A DNA stretch of 64,000 nt from Mobula birostris (lineage: Eukaryota). The notes under the pieces are model-generated. The model was not told the origin of the DNA. It was given only the letters and a program-made list of their open reading frames with translations, and ran no database searches. The translations under genes were made by a program, and so were the position numbers. The stretch is from the NCBI RefSeq assembly GCF_030028105.1, contig NC_092374.1:194179345-194243344 (forward strand). The letters run 5' to 3'. Positions 25,555 to 36,541 of this stretch are shown here, in pieces. Within the stretch, counting starts at the first letter, position 1, and every line of letters starts with the position of its first letter.

Positions 25555-25668
25555 GCAAACTGACAGCCATCGTCATTCACCTGGTGATCCTGTTAGCGGC
25601 CTTTGGGATACAAGGGAGCATCCTGCTCTGCAGCATCCTGCTTTGTAGCAAAACCCTCAGAGCAGAAA
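25555..25668 (+). CDS. NCR3: NCR3-family transmembrane exon (phase 1-1)
   Basis: Acceptor ttctcccccctcag|GC; donor A|gtaata; encodes (R)KLTAIVIHLVILLAAFGIQGSILLCSILLCSKTLRAE; phase matches the V exon. Confidence 0.7.
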
Positions 25669-26385
25669 GTAATAGCGTTTGATCTTTTACCTCTCCGATC
25701 AGTTTAAGATCATAAGACATAGTAGGAGTTGGTCATTCGGCCCATCAAGTCTGCTCCACCATTCCGTATTGAGTGTTTTCTTTTCCCTCTCGACCCTGTC
25801 CTCCTGCCTTCCCCGTAACCTTTGACACCAAAACCAATCAAGAACATGTCAGTTCTGCTTTAAGTACACCCAAATGACTCGGACCCACAAGAATACAGCT
25901 GGGCCACAGCAGCCGTAGCTGGAGTGGACTTTGGGCCGGATTGAAGCGGCATTCCCCGGGACCAAGAGCGGAAAATGAACCAATGTTTAACCGATCTATA
26001 CACAAGTCAGATTTAAAAAGTTAAGGTGTCAAGGTCGAGGGCAAAAAATCAACTGATGTTCAGCTCACCATTCCGTGAGGTTCTCAGCACTGAACTGGAT
26101 CTTTGGCCGTGGGCTCACATTCAGGGACTCTGCAGTTCATGTTCTGTGTGCCAATTTTTATTATTTGCAGTTTATTCTTTTTTTTTTGCACATTGCTTGT
26201 CTGAAGGTCTTTGTTTTTTTTATCATGGATTCTAGTGTGTTTTTTCTTTGTTTTGTATCTGCCTGCAACAATTTCCATCTCAGGGTTGCATGTGGTATAT
26301 ATACTGTGATAATAATAATGTACTTTGAACTGTTAAACCTTGAAAAGAGACAAAGTGAGATGTGCTTTTCTTCCCTCTGGTCCAG

Positions 26386-26497
26386 CAGTGCTGCTCTCCC
26401 GTCAGTAGAGGACAGAGCTGCAGTGAAAGGGTGCCGGCCAGCAGGGGTCAGTGTTGCGCTATGCGCTGGAAAACCCAACAGCACACAAAGGTGCTGA
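26386..26497 (+). CDS. NCR3: Candidate NCR3 cytoplasmic/terminal exon (alternative acceptors)
   Basis: Acceptor at 26385 gives TVLLSRQ* (stop 26406-26408); acceptor at 26405 gives IEDRAAVKGCRPAGVSVALCAGKPNSTQRC* (ends 26497). Not resolvable without RNA. Confidence 0.4.
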
Positions 26498-28036
26498 AGA
26501 ACCCTTCACTGGGTCAGGTTGAACCTGTGGAGGGAAATGGGCAGTCAGCGTCTCAGGTGGAGACAATTCCTCAGGTCTGAAGTGCCTATATGACCATCTG
26601 CATCAGAGGAAAGCTGCCCCTCTGCATCACCCTTTGGGATGGACTTCAACATTTGCATTACCACTGCATCCTCCAGTCCCTCAAACGCTCCATTTAGAGC
26701 CCAACGGAGGACACATCACTGGGTGGATTATCGTTTAGCCTTACTTCTTAAGACCTTGACAGGCCTAACTCCACCTGCCCCATTCATGGCAAAGTATATG
26801 CGACTCTGAGATTCAACTTCCAGCAGGCATTTACAGAAAAATAAAGAAATACAATAGAATTTATGAAAATCTATACATAAACAGGGTTAGATTGGGGGTT
26901 GCTGTGTGACACGGCTTGAAGGGCCTATTCTAGGCATTATCTCCATAAATAAGTAAATAAATAAATACTGATGACAAATTGTGCAAATGAAAAATATAAT
27001 ATTTCTATACTGCACACACATACCATTTTTATAGATATAATACTGTATTAGACACAGTGGATTCACAAACAAGAGAAAATCTGCAGATGCTGGAAATCCA
27101 AAGCAACACACACAAAATGCTGGAGGAAATTAGCAGGCCAAGCAGTATCTACAGAAAAGAGAGAACAGTTAGCATTTAGGACTGAGATGCTTCTTCAGGA
27201 CTGAAGTTCCTCCAGTATTTTCTGTGTGTTGCTTTTTATACAGTGGATTCCATTTAATTAGAACACATTGGGACTAGTAGATTTTGACCCAATTAGGTGG
27301 CTGCCCCAATTAGTCAAAGTTTCTTGGAAATAGATAAAAATATGTTAAAAAGACAAGCTAAATAACAAACCAGGTATTTAAATGAAATATAGGATTAATT
27401 AGAATATTACCAATGCTACAGTATGATGAAACTGTGCAACACACACAAATTGCTGGAGGAACTCAGCAGGTCGGGTAGCATCTATGGAAATGAATAAACA
27501 GTCGACGTTTTGCACCAAGACCCTTCCTTGGGACTGAAAATGAAGGGGGGAAGACATTGATGTACCCCGGGATTCTGTGGGAGGCAAGGAGGGAGATTGC
27601 TGAGCCTCTGGCAATGATCTTTGAATCATCAATGTTCAAATAGTGATATCATTTTATTTTCACTTGTGGCCTTTTCTGGATGCCCTTGCAAGTCCGAATA
27701 CTTGAAATTGCAGTGAGTAGAACAGCTCTGAATTGTCTTACTGCTTATTTCTCACCAACTGCTTCTTGAACACAGACACATGCAACTAAACACTCAAAAA
27801 CTGATCACTCTACGCATGATGTAGTGTCTGATGGCCACACAAGTGCAAACGACTGACACTAGTTAGAAACTGTTCGGCAACAGTCTCCTGTCCCAATTAA
27901 GTGACATAGTGCCCCAAATAAACAAAGTGAATCCCAGATAATTCCTCTATTAGTTTTTTGCTCTTTAAGAGTTGTCCCAAATAAGTAGCTGTCCCAGTTA
28001 ACCAATGGACTAATTAAGCAGAACCCACTGTATATA

Positions 28037-29597
28037 CAGTACGTACAGCACACCTCGCCCCCATGGCAGAGTTCATGTTTTATAGTTTTACATCATTGAA
28101 TCACAGTGGATTTAATTTGGCTTTTTTGACACTGATCAACAGAAAAAGACTCTTTCGTGTCAAAGTGAAAACAGATTCTACAAAGTGATCTAAATTAATT
28201 ACAAATATTAAACACAAAATAATTGATTGCATAAAGATTTACCCTCCCCTCCTGCCTTTTAATATGGCACACTAAGTCATCACTGGTGCAGCCAATTGAC
28301 TTTAGAAGCCAAATAATTAGTTAAAAGGAGATCTGCTTTTGGGGAATTGTGTGCAGTCAAGGTGTTTCAATTGATCGTAGTAAAAGTACACCTGTACCTG
28401 GAAGGTCCAACTGCTGGTGAGTCAGTATCCTGGCAAAAACTACACCATGCAGACAAAAGAACACTCCAACCAACTCCACGAAAAGATTATTGAAAAGCAT
28501 AAGTCAGGAGATGAATACAAGAACATTTCCAAGTCACTAAATATCCCTTGGAGTACAGTTAAGTCAATCATCTGGAACTGGAAAGAATATGGCACAGCTG
28601 TAAATCTGCCCAGAGCAGGCCGTCCTCAAAAACTGAGTGACCGTGCAAGAAGGGGACTAGTGAGGGAGGCCACCAAGAAACCTGTAACAACTCTGGAGTA
28701 GTTACAAGCTTCAGTGGCTGAGATGGAAGAGACTGCACATACAACAACTGTTTCCCATGTGCTTCTCCAGTAACAGCTTTATGGGAAAGTGGCAAAGAAA
28801 AAGCCACTGTAGAAAAAAACACATATGAAATCTCAGCTAGAGTTTGCCAGAAGGCATGTGAGAGACTCGGAAGTCAGCTGGAAGAAGGTTCTATGGTCTG
28901 ATGAAGCCAAAATAGAGCATTTTGGCCATCAGACTAAACATTACATTTGGCATAAGCCAAACACCGCACATCATCGAAAACTCACCATCCCTACCTGAAG
29001 CATGGTGGTAGCTGTATCCTGCTGTAGGGATGCTTCACTGCAGCAGGCCCTGGAAGACTTGTGAAAGTAGAGGGTAAAATGAATGCAGCAAGATACAGGG
29101 AATTCCTGGAGGAAAACCTGATGCAGTCTGCAAGAGGGCTGCAATTTGGGAGAAGATTTGTTTTCCAGCAAGACAATGACCCTAAGCATAAAGCTAAAGC
29201 TACACATAAATGGTTTAGAAGTTAAATGTCCTGAAGTGACCAAGTCAGAGTCGAGACCTCAATCCAACTGAGGATATGTGGCTGGACTGGAAAAGGGCTG
29301 TTCACTCATGATCCCGATGCAATCTGACAGAGCTTGAGCAGTTTTGTAAAGAAGAATGGGGAAAAATTGCCGTGTCCAGATGTGCAAAGCTGATGGAGAC
29401 CTATCCTCACAGACCCAAGGCTGTAATTGCTGCCAAAGGTGCATCTACTGAATACTGACTTGAAGGGGGAGAATAATTATGTAATCAATTTCTTTGTGTT
29501 TTATATTTAAATTAAATCCATTGTGATTCAATGTTATAAAACAATAAAAACACGAAAGCTTCCAGGGGGGGGGGGTGAATAATTTTTATAGGCTCTG
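28037..29597 (+). mobile_element. Full-length but dead Tc1-family transposon
   Basis: TA|CAGT... left end; right end ...gggggtgaataatttttataggctctg|TA; subterminal inverted repeats (28075-28115 vs 29505-29560). Confidence 0.9.
28447..29458 (+). pseudogene. Tc1 transposase pseudogene (paired-like HTH, GRPQKL, WSDE...QDNDPKH...DLNPTE)
   Basis: Hand translation from ATG 28447 to KGASTEY* with multiple in-frame stops. Confidence 0.9.
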
Positions 29598-30355
29598 TAT
29601 ATGTGTGTGCTGTATATGTATATAAATAATACTGGGAATGGAGTCCTTGAAAGTGATTCTGTAGGTTGGAGAATCCGTTCAGAGGAGTGGTGATTGAAGT
29701 GATCTACGCCAGTTCAGGGGCCTGATGATTATAAACTAAAAATAGTGGTGAGGAACCTAAGGCTCATGTACGTCCTGCCCAATGGTGGTAGTGAGAGGAG
29801 AGCTTGGCCTGGATGGCAGAGGTCTTTGATGACGGATGCTGCTATTTTTGTGGCAGTGCTCCTTGTTGACGTGCTGAGAGGTGGAGAGAGCTTTGCCTGT
29901 GATGGACCGTGCTGTATCTGCCACTTTTGACATGGGTGTTTCCATACCAGGCCATGATGTAAACAGTTAGAATACTCTCCAATGTGCTTCTATAGAAGCT
30001 TGACAAAGTTTTAGGTGTTATGTCGAACATACATAAACGAATATTGATTTCTCTTTCTGGTAAAAAAAAAATTCCTCCCCCTTCTCACTTAATTTATTCC
30101 CCAGTCTGACCTTTACCTCTTCTCCTCACCTGCCTATCACTTCCTCTGGCTCTCTTCCTCCTTCCCTTTCCCCTATGGTCCTCTCTCCTCTCAGATTCCT
30201 TCCTCTCCAGCCTTTTACCTTTCCCACCCACCTGGCTTCACCCATCACCTTCCAGATACCTTCCTTTCCCTCACCCGCCCCCCCCCCCCAACACCACCTT
30301 TTTATTCTGGCACCTTCCTCCTTGTTTTTCAGTCCTGAGGAAGGGGAGTTGGCCT

Positions 30356-31807
30356 GAAACATAGAAACATAGAAACATAGAAAATAGGTGCAGGAGTAGG
30401 CCATTCGGCCCTTCGAGCCTGCACCGCCATTTATTATGATCATGGCTGATCATCCAACTCAGAACCCCGCCCCAGCCTTCCCTCCATACCCCCTGACCCC
30501 CGTAGCCACAAGGGCCATATCTAACTCCCTCTTAAGTATAGCCAATGAACTGGCCTCAACTGTTTCCTGTGGCAGAGAATTCCACAGATTCACCACTCTC
30601 TGTGTGAAGAAGTTTTTCCTAATCTCGGTCCTAAAAGGCTTCCCCTCTATCCTCAAACTGTGGCCCCTCGTTCTGGACTTCCCCAACATTGGGAACAATC
30701 TTCCTGCATCTAGCCTGTCCAATCCCTTTAGGATCTTATACGTTTCAATCAGATCCCCCCTCAATCTTCTAAATTCCAACGAGTACAAGCCCAGTTCATC
30801 CAGTCTTTCTTCATATGAAAGTCCTGCCATCCCAGGAATCAATCTGGTGAACCTTCTTTGTACTCCCTCTATGGCAAGGATGTCTTTCCTCAGATTAGGG
30901 GACCAAAACTGCACACAATACTCCAGGTGTGGTCTCACCAAGGCCTTGTACAACTGCAGTAGTACCTCCCTGCTCCTGTACTCGAATCCTCTCGCTATAA
31001 ATGCCAGCATACCATTCGCCTTTTTCACCGCCTGCTGTACCTGCATGCCCACTTTCAATGACTGGTGTATAATGACACCCAGGTCTCGTTGCACCTCCCC
31101 TTTTCCTAATCGGCCACCATTCAGATAATAATCTGTTTTCCTATTTTTGCCACCAAGGTGGATAACTTCACATTTATCCACATTAAATTGCATCTGCCAT
31201 GAATTTGCCCACTCACCCAACCTATCCAAGTCACCCTGCATCCTCTTAGCATCCTCCTCACAACTAACACTGCCACCCAGCTTCGTGTCATCCGCAAACT
31301 TGGAGATGCTGCATTTAATTCCCTCATCCAAGTCATTAATATATATTGTAAACAACTGGGGTCCCAGCACTGAGCCTTGCGGTACCCCACTAGTCACCGC
31401 CTGCCATTCTGAAAAGGTCCCGTTTATTCCCACTCTTTGCTTCCTGTCTGCTAACCAATTCTCCACCCACACCAATACCTTACCCCCAATACCGTGTGCT
31501 TTAAGTTTGCACACTAATCTCCTGTGTGGGACCTTGTCAAAAGCCTTTTGAAAATCCAAATATACCACATCCACTGGTTCTCCCCTATCCACTCTACTAG
31601 TTACATCCTCAAAAAATTCTATGAGTTTCGTCAGACATGATTTTCCTTTCACAAATCCATGCTGACTTTGTCCGATCATTTCACCGCTTTCCAAATGTGC
31701 TGTTATCACATCCTTGATAACTGACTCCAGCAGTTTCCCCACCACCGACATTAGGCTAACTGGTCTATAATTCCCCAGTTTCTCTCTCCCTCCTTTTTTA
31801 AAAAGTG
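30356..31807 (-). mobile_element. Young 5'-truncated CR1 LINE with uninterrupted RT/C-terminal ORF and (tttctatg)n tail
   Basis: Open frame from LFKKGGREKLGNYRPVSL through KFADDTKL to GYGGKAGAGF* (30459); tail agaaacat repeats at 30356-30383. Confidence 0.95.
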
Positions 31808-31968
31808 GAAACATCGATTGTTTATTCATTTCCGTAGACGCGGCCTGACCTGCTGAGTTCCTCCAGCACCTCGTGTGTGCTGCAGTACCATTTATAGATG
31901 GGTGCGCATCTCCCAGCATCAGAGACCAACTCCAATAACTCCATAAAGGCCCATCATCTTTATGAACT

Positions 31969-32054
31969 TTTATTGACATTCAGCGCGGCACTTGCAATAT
32001 TACAAAGAAATCCAAGAGTCAATAAATTAGTCACATCAATAAATAAATAAATAC
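31969..32054 (-). promoter_or_regulatory. Candidate TRAF 3' end: overlapping ATTTA cluster (32038-32054) and AATAAA (31969-31974)
   Basis: Minus strand reads gtatttatttatttatt, then AATAAA ~65 nt downstream; ~2.2 kb after the TRAF stop. Confidence 0.4.
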
Positions 32055-32339
32055 AACTTGATATCATTAGGATTAAAGTGCAGTAAACAGAGTCCCAGAG
32101 TCAGCCGTCTCCTGGAGTTCAGGCTACCCAATAGTCCAGAGAGAAACTGAGCATTAAACTTCCCCATGTCTCGCTCCCCCTTTGGGGCAGGGGAGGTGGG
32201 TGGCGCAAAGGGAGATTAACCTTCCCTTCTTGATCCGGACAGCACAGGTTAGGCTCCTGTCAAATATTCCCTGGGCACGGACAGCATAGGTCCGATACAG
32301 TACTTCCTTGACAGGGATAATTTAGCTTAGCTTAGAGGC

Positions 32340-32525
32340 ACGTCACAATACAGCCCCTTCCGGCCCAACGAGCTCACGCCACCCAGTCTCACCCATGGAA
32401 CCAATTTATCTACTAACCGGTTCGACTTTGGAATGTGGGAGGAAACTGGAGCACCCGGAGGAAACCCACACAGTCACGGCAGAACGTACAAACTCCTTAC
32501 AGGGTTCCTGGTGCTATGATAATTT
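32340..32525 (-). mobile_element. HE1/V-SINE-like element (other copies ~24540-24660, 37200-37395, 40880-41030, 51960-52090)
   Basis: Core gggtttcctccgggtgctccagtttcctcccaca on minus. Confidence 0.65.
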
Positions 32526-32809
32526 AACGTTAACCGCTACACTACCGTGCCGTCCATAAATCAGATCCGTGAGGATTGTGCCAGGCAGCCCACAAGTTCC
32601 ACCAAGCTTCCGGCACCATCGTAGCAAGCCCGCAGCCCATGAACCCTAAACTGTACGAATTTGCACGTGGGAGGGAACTGGATCTCCTGGGGGGGGAAAC
32701 CCACACAGTCACAGGGAGAGCGTACAAACCCTTTACAGATAACGGCAGGAACTGAATGCCGATCTTACATTTGTCAGCCTTGCCACCATTCAATTTAGCT
32801 TAGCACAGC

Positions 32810-34150
32810 ACAGGTCCCCAGCACCGTCCTGTCACACAGTTCCAGGGCAGGCATATGGTACAGAGCATATATTTTCTACGCCGTCATGATACACGTATTC
32901 AAGGACAGCATGAATTAGAAACAGAGTAGAAATCACTCTCCTTTTGCCGCTCCCAGGGCAGAGATGGGAAGGGTTAGATATGGATGAAACCCCCTTCTAC
33001 ACAGTCCCATCAAAGCCTTCCAGACAGTGACAATGAGGGTTAACGACACCGCAAAGCTCCCTCCACAGTCCCATCTCAGACACGCCCACACCAACAGCAG
33101 ATACTGTGGAACCTCATCCCTTGTTCTGTCGTTCCTCTGCAAAGCTCACTAATAAAGTTCTGTAAAGATATGCTTCCTGTTACAATGAGGTATGACTCTG
33201 AGTGGCAGGCAGATTTTGAAACTCTGTTCATAATCCCCAGTCTTTTTAAAACTACTACAGAGATGCACTATGGCCACTGCTTTCGGAAATAGTCTGATAA
33301 TATTAAAAATAAATTAGATACAGAGTGAAGCTCCCTCTACACTGTCCCATTACACATTCCTTAAATAGGGACGGTATAGGTGAGGCACAAAGCAAAGTTC
33401 ACACTGCCTCATTACGTATCTAAAGGAATGAGACAGCAGACGTCTGATACACAGATCCCTCTACACTGGCCTGATACTTAGAGTACCGTGCAAAAGTCTT
33501 AGGCACGCGCAAAAAAAATCTGTAAAGAGTAGAAGCTCTCAAAAATAATGAATTGAAAAGTTTCTAAATATCAAAAAAAATGACTACAAAAAGCACTAAA
33601 CAGTTAAAAAAAACTAAATCAAATCAATATTTGATGCCTTTAAAACTGCATCAATTTTGTCAGGTACATTGTCAATCAGTTTTAAGAGAAAATTGACTGG
33701 TAGGTTGTTCCAAGCATCCTAGAGATCTTGTCACGGTTGTTCTGCAGACTTTGGCTGTACTGCTGTCTCTGCAGGTAATCCCAGACAGCCTCGATGATGT
33801 TGAGATGGAGGCTCTGTGAATGGCCATTCCGTCTGAAACCATATAAACACTCCAGCGTGCCTAAGGCTTTTGCACAGTACTCTACCTCCAGCGCAGGGGT
33901 AACACAGGTCGCACCGGGGCAAATCTCCCTCCACAATGTCCCAGTGCACACTCCCAGGGCAGGGACAACACGTTAGATACGGTGCACAGCTTCCTCTACA
34001 CCGCCCGGTTACATGATACAAGTTTGAGGCAGCATGAATTAGATATATGGGAATACTCCCTCTGCACTGTCCCAGTGTGAAGTCCCCTCTACTCTACCCT
34101 GTTACCTGCTCCCAAGAGAGAGTAAATGCGGAGTAAAGCTCCCTCCATGT
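32810..34150. repeat. Degenerate dispersed tandem-like repeat (aagctccctctacactgtccca...cacactcccagggcagg)
   Basis: Variants near 32820, 32985, 33050, 33325, 33455, 33920, 33985, 34050 and 34130. Confidence 0.6.
33481..33882 (-). mobile_element. Internally deleted Tc1 derivative, 402 bp, 26-bp TIRs, TA TSD
   Basis: TA|gagtaccgtgcaaaagtcttaggcac ... gtgcctaaggcttttgcacagtactc|TA; retains transposase tail SLHLNIIEAVWDYL. Confidence 0.85.
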
Positions 34151-34237
34151 CGTCACACCGGAGAGTGAGATATCAAGGGTTGTTTCCACTCAGGCAGATG
34201 ATTTCACACCTGGGGACACTCCCCATCTCCCACCATC

Positions 34238-35137
34238 TCACAGCTGCAGTCCCATGGGATCCACCATCACCTTGATGTAGATGGTGTCGTTCCTGAGGTA
34301 CTGGCTGGGCCCCTTCTGGAAGAGCTCGTGCCGGGCGAAGGTGGGGCAGCCGCTGGCCACGTTCATGTGGCTCCGCGGCTTCTGGAAGGAGCTGCTCAGC
34401 GGGTCGGGCGAGAAGGACTCTCGCAGGTGCCGCTGGCCGGCCTGGTCCAGCAGCAGGAAGGTGACCTTCTGCCGGAAGGGCCAGGGCAGAACCTCGTCAT
34501 AGTCGCCCCGCACCAGCGCCAGGAAAAGGGAGAGGTGGCTGCCCTTGCCAGCGCCGTCGCCGTTGGGGTAGACCCGGCAGCAGAGGCGGTAGCCGAAAGG
34601 GTGGGTGGTGAAGTGCGGTGAGTAGAAGGACGGCCGCTGTCCTGCCTTGGCCGCCGCCATCTTCGCGGAGAAGTCTTTGATCTTCCAGACCAGGACGCCG
34701 TTGGTGCTGAGGGGCGGGGTGGGGGAAGCCAGGCCTGCCTGCGCTGACAGCTCTGCTGAGCGCAGCCCTGGCTTCTTCTGCAGGGCGTGAATGGTCTGCT
34801 CGAGGTGGAGGCACTTCTGCTGCAGCGCCTCGATCACCTGGGCGTAGCGGTCCAGCTCCCCATTCAGGCTGCGCACTGACCTCTCCAGGCCGTCGGCCCG
34901 GCCCTCCAGGGCCTGCAGGCCCCGGTCCGCAGCAACTCCCAGCTCTGACTCGGTGTTGCCGTCCAACACCCTGGAGGGCTCGGCCGTCAGCATCCTCCCG
35001 GCCTTCTCAGTGGGCTCCCGGGGCGCGTCCCCGCCGCAGGTTCTCCCGGATCTCAGGCTGGTGGCGAGGGACAGGACCTGCAGGAGGTGAGTCTGCTGGG
35101 CAACTCGGAGGTGCTCGTTCAGATCCTCCCGGTGAAA
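34238..35137 (-). CDS. TRAF gene coding exon 7 (end of ZF5, coiled coil, MATH/TRAF-C, stop)
   Basis: Acceptor ccctaccccctcag|TTT; 900 nt; NGVLVWKIKDF...RVYPNGDGAGKGSHLSLF...LPWPFRQKVT...PDPLSSSFQKP...MNVASGCP...IKVMVD. Confidence 0.95.
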   Translation of the reverse strand, partial: FHREDLNEHLRVAQQTHLLQVLSLATSLRSGRTCGGDAPREPTEKAGRMLTAEPSRVLDGNTESELGVAADRGLQALEGRADGLERSVRSLNGELDRYAQVIEALQQKCLHLEQTIHALQKKPGLRSAELSAQAGLASPTPPLSTNGVLVWKIKDFSAKMAAAKAGQRPSFYSPHFTTHPFGYRLCCRVYPNGDGAGKGSHLSLFLALVRGDYDEVLPWPFRQKVTFLLLDQAGQRHLRESFSPDPLSSSFQKPRSHMNVASGCPTFARHELFQKGPSQYLRNDTIYIKVMVDPMGLQL

Positions 35138-36454
35138 CTGAGGGGGTAGGGTGGGAGAAACAAAAGAGCAAAGGAACATCAGAGTCTATCCGAAATAAAA
35201 ACACGCAACTCTGTGGAGAGAGAAATGGTTAATATTGGCAGGGAATTCAGTATAAAAGTCTGGAAATTGAATAACAGTTTTCACTTGGGGATATCATGCA
35301 CAGTTCTGGGCGAGAAGATCTGGAGTCTTTGGAGAGGGTGTAGAAGAACTTCACGAGGATGCTTCCTGGCTTAGCGGGTATGAGCTGTCAGGAGAGGTTG
35401 GACAAAATTGGGTTACTTTCTCTGGAAGACCAGTGGCTGAAAGGAGACCTGGTAAAGGTTTAGAAATTTGTGAGAGACATAGATTGAGTAGCCAGCCAAA
35501 ATCTACTTCCCAGGGTGGAAGGTCAATTTACGTGCACTTAAATTGAGGGGATTTTTACAGCCGGGGATAGAATGGCCTGCTGGGGTAGTGATAGAGGCAG
35601 ATACAAGTAGGGGCTTTAACACACTTTTTTTTGGATAAATGAATACAAATAGGGAATGGAGGGAAATGAATCACACAGACAGATCAGCTATAATTGTGTT
35701 CAACACAGACACTGAGGGTCAGAGGGGGCCAGTAGGAGGAGGCGTACAGGAGCGAGATGTAGTTAGTGTCGCTTCTACACTACTCAATGTCAGCAAGGCC
35801 AAGTGATGGCGGGGCGGGGTCAACGGTGGAAAGGATGAGCCGCGTCACGTTCCTAGATTCAACATCTCAGAGGGTTTGTCCTGGACCCAACACATTGATA
35901 CAATCACCAGTGGCTATAATTCGTTAGGAGTCTGAAGAGATTTCATATGTCACCAAAGACCCTAGGGCATTCCTACAGACTCACGGTGAAGAGCGCTCTG
36001 ACTGGGTGCATCACCGCCCAGGACGGAGGCCCCATTGTACAGGACAGAAAGACGCTAAAGACGGTCGTGGACTCCACCAACTCCACGATGGGCACGACCC
36101 TCCCCAGCATCAGGGACATCTTCAAGATGCAATGCCTCAGGAAGGCAGCCTCACCGTGAAGGACCCTCACCATTCGGGACAAGCTGATTCTACCATCAGG
36201 GAGGGGATACAGGAGCACTCTGAAGCCACGAGCGGAATCTTGATACTCCTCTTTTGGCACTATTTAATTATGTATTTTTCATAACTTATAGCAATTTTTA
36301 CATCTTGCAAAAACTTTCCCAACATAAGTCTGTGATTATGAATCTGATTCTGATTCTGATTCTGCAGTGCCATTTGATCCTGTGTCCACTCAGAAGCACT
36401 TCATACCTGGGCTTCGGAGCGGAGATCAGCTGACGTGCACACTAGGATACTAAC

Positions 36455-36541
36455 CTGTTCCAGACAGCCGACATCCTTAAAGGGACAGGCCACCTTCACC
36501 TTGGGACAGTTGCCATGGAGGGGGTCACAGTGTTGTTCCAA
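36455..36541 (-). CDS. TRAF coding exon 6 (zinc finger)
   Basis: ttacag|LEQHCDPLHGNCPKVKVACPFKDVGCLEQ|gttagt; 87 nt, phase 0-0. Confidence 0.88.

Noticed and set aside
30459-31979. 506-aa ORF as a host gene
   Set aside because: Chimeric: the first ~58 aa come from flank and Penelope remnant upstream of the CR1 5' truncation at 31807; the rest is CR1 RT.
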